The translations under genes and the position numbers were made by a program. Shown here piece by piece: positions 48,640 through 52,634 of a stretch of 52,634 nucleotides of DNA (the stretch's first letter is position 1; every line of letters starts with the position of its first letter). The notes under the pieces are model-generated. The model had not been told where the DNA came from. It made no database searches and worked only from the letters and a program-made list of their open reading frames with translations. This DNA comes from a candidate division WOR-3 bacterium (GTDB lineage Bacteria; Hydrothermota; Tepidihabitantia; Tepidihabitantales; CAIPLT01): the NCBI GenBank assembly GCA_039801485.1, contig JBDRUR010000002.1, positions 1 through 52,634 on the forward strand. Reading direction: 5' to 3'.

Positions 48640-50105
48640 TTTATACCTCCACGACCAATGATACTCTCGACAATTGAGAGTAAATTAAATATGAACCAAT
48701 ATAACTGTAATCCTGATGGAAAGTTTAAAAATATTACAGTCAAAAAAATTGGCATAAAAACTAAAAGCGCAATGTTTCGTTTATCAGCGCTGGTCAAAAA
48801 ATTTTGGATAAGAAACGATATTCCCATTAAAATTGGTAAAATATAGTATGGGTCTTTTAATGATAAATCCTGAAGCCAAAAGGCAAAGCGGGCACCACGT
48901 AACTCAATTGTTTTTTGTAAGACTGAATATAATGCCCAGAAAATTGGTAATTGAAAGATTAATGGTAAACAGCCTGAGAAGGGGTTTATTTTATATAAAC
49001 GATATAATTGCATTGTTTCTTGATTTAGTGCCTGCGGATTGTCCTTATATTTCTTTTTCAACTCTTCGATTTTTGGTTGTAAAAGTTGTAGTTGTTGCAT
49101 CTGTTTAGTGGTCATGCGTGTTAATGGGAAGAAGATGCCTTTCATAATTAGCGCAAAAACAATAATTGCAAAACCATAGTTTCTAAAGATTGAATACAAA
49201 AATTTTAACACTTTCAAGATAGCAATTGCGAAGATCTTTGTCCAACCCAGATCAGTTAATGTTTCCCAATTGGTTCGATGACTTTTTAAGATCTCATAAT
49301 CGATCGGTCCAAAATACAATGTATATTTATGGGAAGCATTAATTGTTGGTTCGTAGCTATAACCAATCCGGCCATCGGGCAAATGTTGGAATCGGCATTT
49401 TGCTTGATTTTGTGGATTTGATAAAATCGTTGCAAAGTATTTAGATTTCAACGCAACCCAGCGGATATTTTCAATTGATTTATCGGCAATCGATTTTACT
49501 TTATTTGCCGCAATTTTGTTTACTTTTTTATCATCTTGATAGAAAAGACTGAAATAACGAATTTCATCTTTGGCGGTCTGTTTTTTCTCGGTAAATGCCA
49601 ACCCGGGCTCATATAGTATCTTATACGGCGTCGTCGATAAATTTTCTTTTTCGATTATCATTGTTAAGGAATAGTTGGAATGAAGTACAAATGTTTTTCT
49701 TACCGGTCCCTGAAATGTAATCGAGGAGTCATCTTGAGCAATTATTGCGTAATTTGTTGTTAATGAATCATTGATAAATTGCGTTTGTAAAACTCGGCTG
49801 TTTTCTGGTATAAGTTCTGCTTGATACTTTTTTAAATAGGCTGATTTAATACTAGCGCCGATATTTGAGAAAACAACCTTCACCTGAGTATTTTCTAAAA
49901 TAACTTCAGTTTCCGGAATTGACGTCGTTGATTGTTCAATTTTTAGAATTTGAGTTGGTAGTGATTGTGGCGGAGTTATTGTCTCAGATTTTGTTGCTAC
50001 CGAAGTCATTGGCGGTAATGAGCGCTTCGGCGTAATTAGCTGCCAGACAAATAACACCACCATTATTAATAAGAATGCAATAATTAACCTCGTGGTATCG
50101 CTCAT
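48582..50105 (-). CDS. yidC: Membrane protein insertase YidC
   Basis: N-terminal TM helix, a large periplasmic domain, and a conserved C-terminal 5-TM core (MQLYRLYKINPFSGCLP). Confidence 0.93.
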   Translation of the reverse strand: MSDTTRLIIAFLLIMVVLFVWQLITPKRSLPPMTSVATKSETITPPQSLPTQILKIEQSTTSIPETEVILENTQVKVVFSNIGASIKSAYLKKYQAELIPENSRVLQTQFINDSLTTNYAIIAQDDSSITFQGPVRKTFVLHSNYSLTMIIEKENLSTTPYKILYEPGLAFTEKKQTAKDEIRYFSLFYQDDKKVNKIAANKVKSIADKSIENIRWVALKSKYFATILSNPQNQAKCRFQHLPDGRIGYSYEPTINASHKYTLYFGPIDYEILKSHRTNWETLTDLGWTKIFAIAILKVLKFLYSIFRNYGFAIIVFALIMKGIFFPLTRMTTKQMQQLQLLQPKIEELKKKYKDNPQALNQETMQLYRLYKINPFSGCLPLIFQLPIFWALYSVLQKTIELRGARFAFWLQDLSLKDPYYILPILMGISFLIQNFLTSADKRNIALLVFMPIFLTVIFLNFPSGLQLYWFIFNLLSIVESIIGRGGIKWQKQIKQQIITNQPVTKK

Positions 50106-50129
50106 AAAGTATTACTAATAGAATTTTGA

Positions 50130-50357
50130 TTAATCAACCGGGTCATAGCCACCATGATTTAATGGATTACATCGTAATATTCGTTTGATAGTAAGCACGC
50201 TACCTTTGATTAGTCCATATTTTAATAACGCTTGTTTGGCATACTCCGAACAGGTCGGATAAAAACGGCACGTTTTTGGTAGTATCGGACTTAAAATTAG
50301 TTGATAGCTACTTATCAACGCAATCGGTATTTTTATTAGAAGCGATGTGCTTTTCAT
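50130..50357 (-). CDS. yidD: Membrane protein insertion efficiency factor YidD
   Basis: [11 protein letters not shown] motif, 75 aa. Confidence 0.9.
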   Translation of the reverse strand: MKSTSLLIKIPIALISSYQLILSPILPKTCRFYPTCSEYAKQALLKYGLIKGSVLTIKRILRCNPLNHGGYDPVD

Positions 50358-50755
50358 ACTATGTTTCGGACTAACGACAATATTTCGTTTTTTAATTGGT
50401 GAAAATCAATATTAATGATATTAGGTCGAGGACGGATTACATAGGCGTATTTTTCTGAAAAATATTCTTTATTGGTGCGATAGATTTCTTTAAGATATCG
50501 TTTTATTCGGTTACGAACAACAGCTTTGTCAAAGGTGTTTTTCGCAATGTAAACGCCAAATTTTCGGCAGTTACTATTGGCATAAAACAAACTAAAATAT
50601 GGGTTTAATATCACTTTTCCTGATAAAAATACTGATTGATATTCGTTTTCCTTTCTAATCAGTTCGGATTTAGCTAACCGACAATCTTTTATCATTTTCT
50701 TAATATAGTTAATTAAAGCAAATTGGGGATGAGTACGCTCATCCGTAAGTATCAT
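50354..50755 (-). CDS. rnpA: RNase P protein component
   Basis: RNR-type motif ([13 protein letters not shown]) and a position between rpmH and yidD. The true start may be an internal Met (MIKDCRL). Confidence 0.85.
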   Translation of the reverse strand: MILTDERTHPQFALINYIKKMIKDCRLAKSELIRKENEYQSVFLSGKVILNPYFSLFYANSNCRKFGVYIAKNTFDKAVVRNRIKRYLKEIYRTNKEYFSEKYAYVIRPRPNIINIDFHQLKNEILSLVRNIV

Positions 50756-50769
50756 CTCAAGTCTAAAGA

Positions 50770-50907
50770 TTATACGGTTAAAACCTTTCGGCCTTTTTTA
50801 CGCCTTCTTTTTAAGACTTTTCGGCCCCAATGGGTTTTCATTCGAGCACGAAAGCCGTGAGTTCTTTTTCGTTTAATTACCGATGGTTGATATGTTCTTT
50901 TCGGCAT
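50770..50907 (-). CDS. rpmH: 50S ribosomal protein L34 (not in the ORF track)
   Basis: My own translation of the minus strand gives [45 protein letters not shown] (45 aa). Confidence 0.95.
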   Translation of the reverse strand: MPKRTYQPSVIKRKRTHGFRARMKTHWGRKVLKRRRKKGRKVLTV

Positions 50908-50912
50908 AGGTT

Positions 50913-50940
50913 ATCATAATGGAATTAACCGAAAAGTCAA
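50913..50940 (-). promoter_or_regulatory. Sigma70-type promoter of rpmH-rnpA, leaderless
   Basis: On the minus strand: TTGACT (50935-50940), 16 nt, TATGAT (50913-50918), then 5 nt to the ATG. Confidence 0.5.
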
Positions 50941-51057
50941 GAGTTAAGTGGTCGTTCTAAAAATTTGTTACTGAAATTACGTATAGAGAAAAAGAAAAAA
51001 TTTAGTGTTTTCAACGCTTTTGTTGGGAGAAATTTGGCTTCACAAATGTTATGCTAT

Positions 51058-51954
51058 TTATTGTTCTTCAGCGCGAGGATGGGCTTTTTGATAGATCTTT
51101 TTTAAGTGTTCAATTGAAATGTGGGTGTAAATTTGAGTTGCTGATAACGAACTATGTCCTAAAAGCTCTTGAACCGCTCTTAAATCAGCACCACGTTCTA
51201 AAAGATGGGTAGCAAAAGAATGGCGCAGAGTATGAGGATTAGTATGGCTGACTTCAGAAACACGAGAAATGAGCTGATTAACGATTTTCTGAACCGAACG
51301 GGTACTGAGCCGTCTGCCTTGTTTGTTTAATAATAATGCAGGATTTGTTTTGTTTTTACGGACCGCTAAATATTCTTTTATTGCCTGCTGAGCATAACTA
51401 CCCAAAGGTACAATTCGTTGTTTGTTTGCTTTGCCTTTGACTAATATTACTTCATTGTAAAAATCGATATCAGCGATATTTAAATTTACTAGTTCGCTGG
51501 CACGAAGACCAGCACCGTATAATACTTCGATGATTGCTTTGTTTCTAAGGGTTATTTCATCGTTGCCCTGAAATGATAATACTTTTTGTATCTGATACTG
51601 GGTAAGAAATCCGGGTAAAGTTTTGGTGATTTTCGGTGTTTTTATTGCCTTGGCGGGATTGGTTGCTAAGATCTTCTTACGCGTCAAGTATTTAAAAAAT
51701 GATTTTAAACTACTTAATTTACGGGCAACCGAGCGTTTATCATAACCATATTTCAAAAGATAACCAACAAAATCCCTAATGTCATCGCGCTTTACTGTTA
51801 AAATATCTTGATGATTTTTACGGTCAATCAGAAATTCTAAAAATTGACCAAGGTCAATCTGGTAAGCCCTAATGGTATGTTGGGAAAAGTTCTTTTCAGA
51901 ACTGAGATAATCTAAAAATTTATGTACTCGTTCATCTGATGGGTAGATTGGCAT
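51058..51954 (-). CDS. xerC: Tyrosine recombinase XerC/XerD family
   Basis: Catalytic pattern LRASE...HTLRHSFATHLL...GHSSLSATQIYTH. I start the gene at the ATG at 51954 (MPIYPSDERVHKFLDYL) because the track TTG start at 51990 is the -35 hexamer. Confidence 0.9.
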   Translation of the reverse strand: MPIYPSDERVHKFLDYLSSEKNFSQHTIRAYQIDLGQFLEFLIDRKNHQDILTVKRDDIRDFVGYLLKYGYDKRSVARKLSSLKSFFKYLTRKKILATNPAKAIKTPKITKTLPGFLTQYQIQKVLSFQGNDEITLRNKAIIEVLYGAGLRASELVNLNIADIDFYNEVILVKGKANKQRIVPLGSYAQQAIKEYLAVRKNKTNPALLLNKQGRRLSTRSVQKIVNQLISRVSEVSHTNPHTLRHSFATHLLERGADLRAVQELLGHSSLSATQIYTHISIEHLKKIYQKAHPRAEEQ

Positions 51955-51961
51955 ATAGTTC

Positions 51962-51990
51962 ATCATATCAATTATAATTAAAGCTGTCAA
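51962..51990 (-). promoter_or_regulatory. Sigma70-type promoter of xerC, leaderless
   Basis: On the minus strand: TTGACA (51985-51990), 17 nt, TATGAT (51962-51967), then 7 nt to the ATG at 51954. Confidence 0.5.
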
Positions 51991-51999
51991 GGATTCAAG

Positions 52000-52500
52000 T
52001 TGGTTCGGTAGCGGATAATATTCTGTGTAAAATTAGACCTTTTAGTTTAGTGTAAGATGACAATTAACCATTTTTTAACGATCGGTACTGAATTCCTAAC
52101 TTAATGCCAAGCTCATAATAAAAGTTATGCCCAGATTGGTTTAGTTACAAAGCACTTAACCGCCTTCCGAGCAAATTGTCGTTCTGCTGCCATAGCCGCT
52201 AATAATATTTCAACCAATTTAGGCAATTGAACATCAACGCAAATAAATCGATAATTACCATAAAAATTTCAGCTAATTTATCGGGTAAAACAAAATCCCT
52301 AAGTCAGCCCCCTATACTATACAGTATGGTCGAGCCATTTTTATGATAACTTCTTGGTTATCAAGTAAGTTAGATAAAAATTCTGCGTAAAATTTAGTCT
52401 ATATATAAATAGACTTTTGTAAATGAATAAATATTAACTTTTTTAGTGCCAAAAAACCTGTTTGACATACCGAGCACAAGAGAATCTCATAAATTAAATA
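52000..52500. repeat. Conserved noncoding element, copy B (paralogue of 23300-23760, inverted)
   Basis: See copy A. It fills most of the 575-nt gap between xerC and ntpD. Confidence 0.8.
52307..52336. repeat. Invariant 30-nt dyad core of element B
   Basis: GCCCCCTATACTATACAGTATGGTCGAGCC is the reverse complement of 23469-23498. Confidence 0.9.
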
Positions 52501-52529
52501 GGATTTCTTTAATATATTGCAGGTTAAAC

Positions 52530-52557
52530 TTGACTTAAATTATATTTTAATTAAAAT
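52530..52557 (+). promoter_or_regulatory. Sigma70-type promoter of ntpD, leaderless
   Basis: TTGACT (52530-52535), 16 nt, TAAAAT (52552-52557), then 7 nt to the ATG at 52565. Confidence 0.5.
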
Positions 52558-52564
52558 GGTTTTT

Positions 52565-52634
52565 ATGCGAATAAGCGTTAGTGCCACCCGAATGGAACTT
52601 TTACGCTTGCGACGGCGATTAATTGTCGCACAGC
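52565..52634 (+). CDS. ntpD: V-type ATP synthase subunit D, 5' fragment (runs off the window)
   Basis: MRISVSATRMELLRLRRRLIVAQ matches the conserved NtpD/AtpD N-terminus (xxPTRMELLxLKxRL). Only 23 codons are visible. Confidence 0.65.
   Translation, partial: MRISVSATRMELLRLRRRLIVAQ

Noticed and set aside
51955-51990. Track start codon TTG at 51990 for xerC, adding 12 N-terminal residues (MTALIIIDMMNY)
   Set aside because: That TTG is the first half of a consensus TTGACA -35 hexamer. The hexamer is followed by 17 nt, TATGAT, and 7 nt to the ATG at 51954. The shorter product begins with a typical Xer N-terminus.
23300-52500. Composite transposon, prophage or genomic island bounded by ~460-nt terminal inverted repeats
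   Set aside because: The interior consists of core housekeeping genes (tal, tkt, topA, hslU, argF, rpmA, yidC, rnpA, rpmH, mnmE, two tRNAs). It has no transposase, phage or conjugation genes. The repeats are only about two-thirds identical.

Overview
AT-rich 52.6-kb chromosomal window. It appears to come from an uncultivated diderm bacterium, based on type IX secretion system (T9SS) C-terminal sorting domains on two secreted proteins, Mla/LpxL-type envelope genes, a V-type ATPase subunit, four-subunit pyruvate:ferredoxin oxidoreductase (PFOR), and canonical TTGACA/TATAAT promoters. I call about 50 protein genes, nearly all housekeeping. They include ahcY-metK, a fabH-PFOR operon, a trpB2/Fe-S/FAD-oxidoreductase operon, tal-tkt-aspC, mlaEFD, pdp and an ABC-2 exporter. 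They also include spoIID, pdaD plus a deoxyhypusine-synthase-like gene, rpmA, argF, hslU, nfo, topA, ptsN, the classical mnmE-jag-yidC-yidD-rnpA-rpmH block, xerC and the first codons of ntpD. There are also tRNA-Gly(CCC) and tRNA-Ala(CGC). rpmH (45 aa) is missing from the ORF track. I see no CRISPR array, IS/transposase, prophage or recognisable defence genes. The most unusual signal is noncoding: two diverged ~460-500-nt paralogous elements in inverted orientation (23300-23760 and 52000-52500) with islands of perfect identity. One island is a 30-nt dyad core whose arm-spacer-arm layout resembles a tyrosine-recombinase (dif-like) site, and one copy lies about 350 nt upstream of xerC. Together they bracket ~28.8 kb of core genes. 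Other points: a GC-rich hairpin island in a 535-nt gap upstream of fabH, a GltD/NfnB-like flavoprotein fused to the PFOR delta ferredoxin, and a beta-barrel-SppA fusion inside a redox operon. There are also inverted repeats flanking an outer-membrane-protein gene, several promoter-overlapping palindromes, and many promoters placed 5-11 nt from the ATG (leaderless mRNAs). All calls come from reading the sequence and ORF translations by eye; no searches were run.
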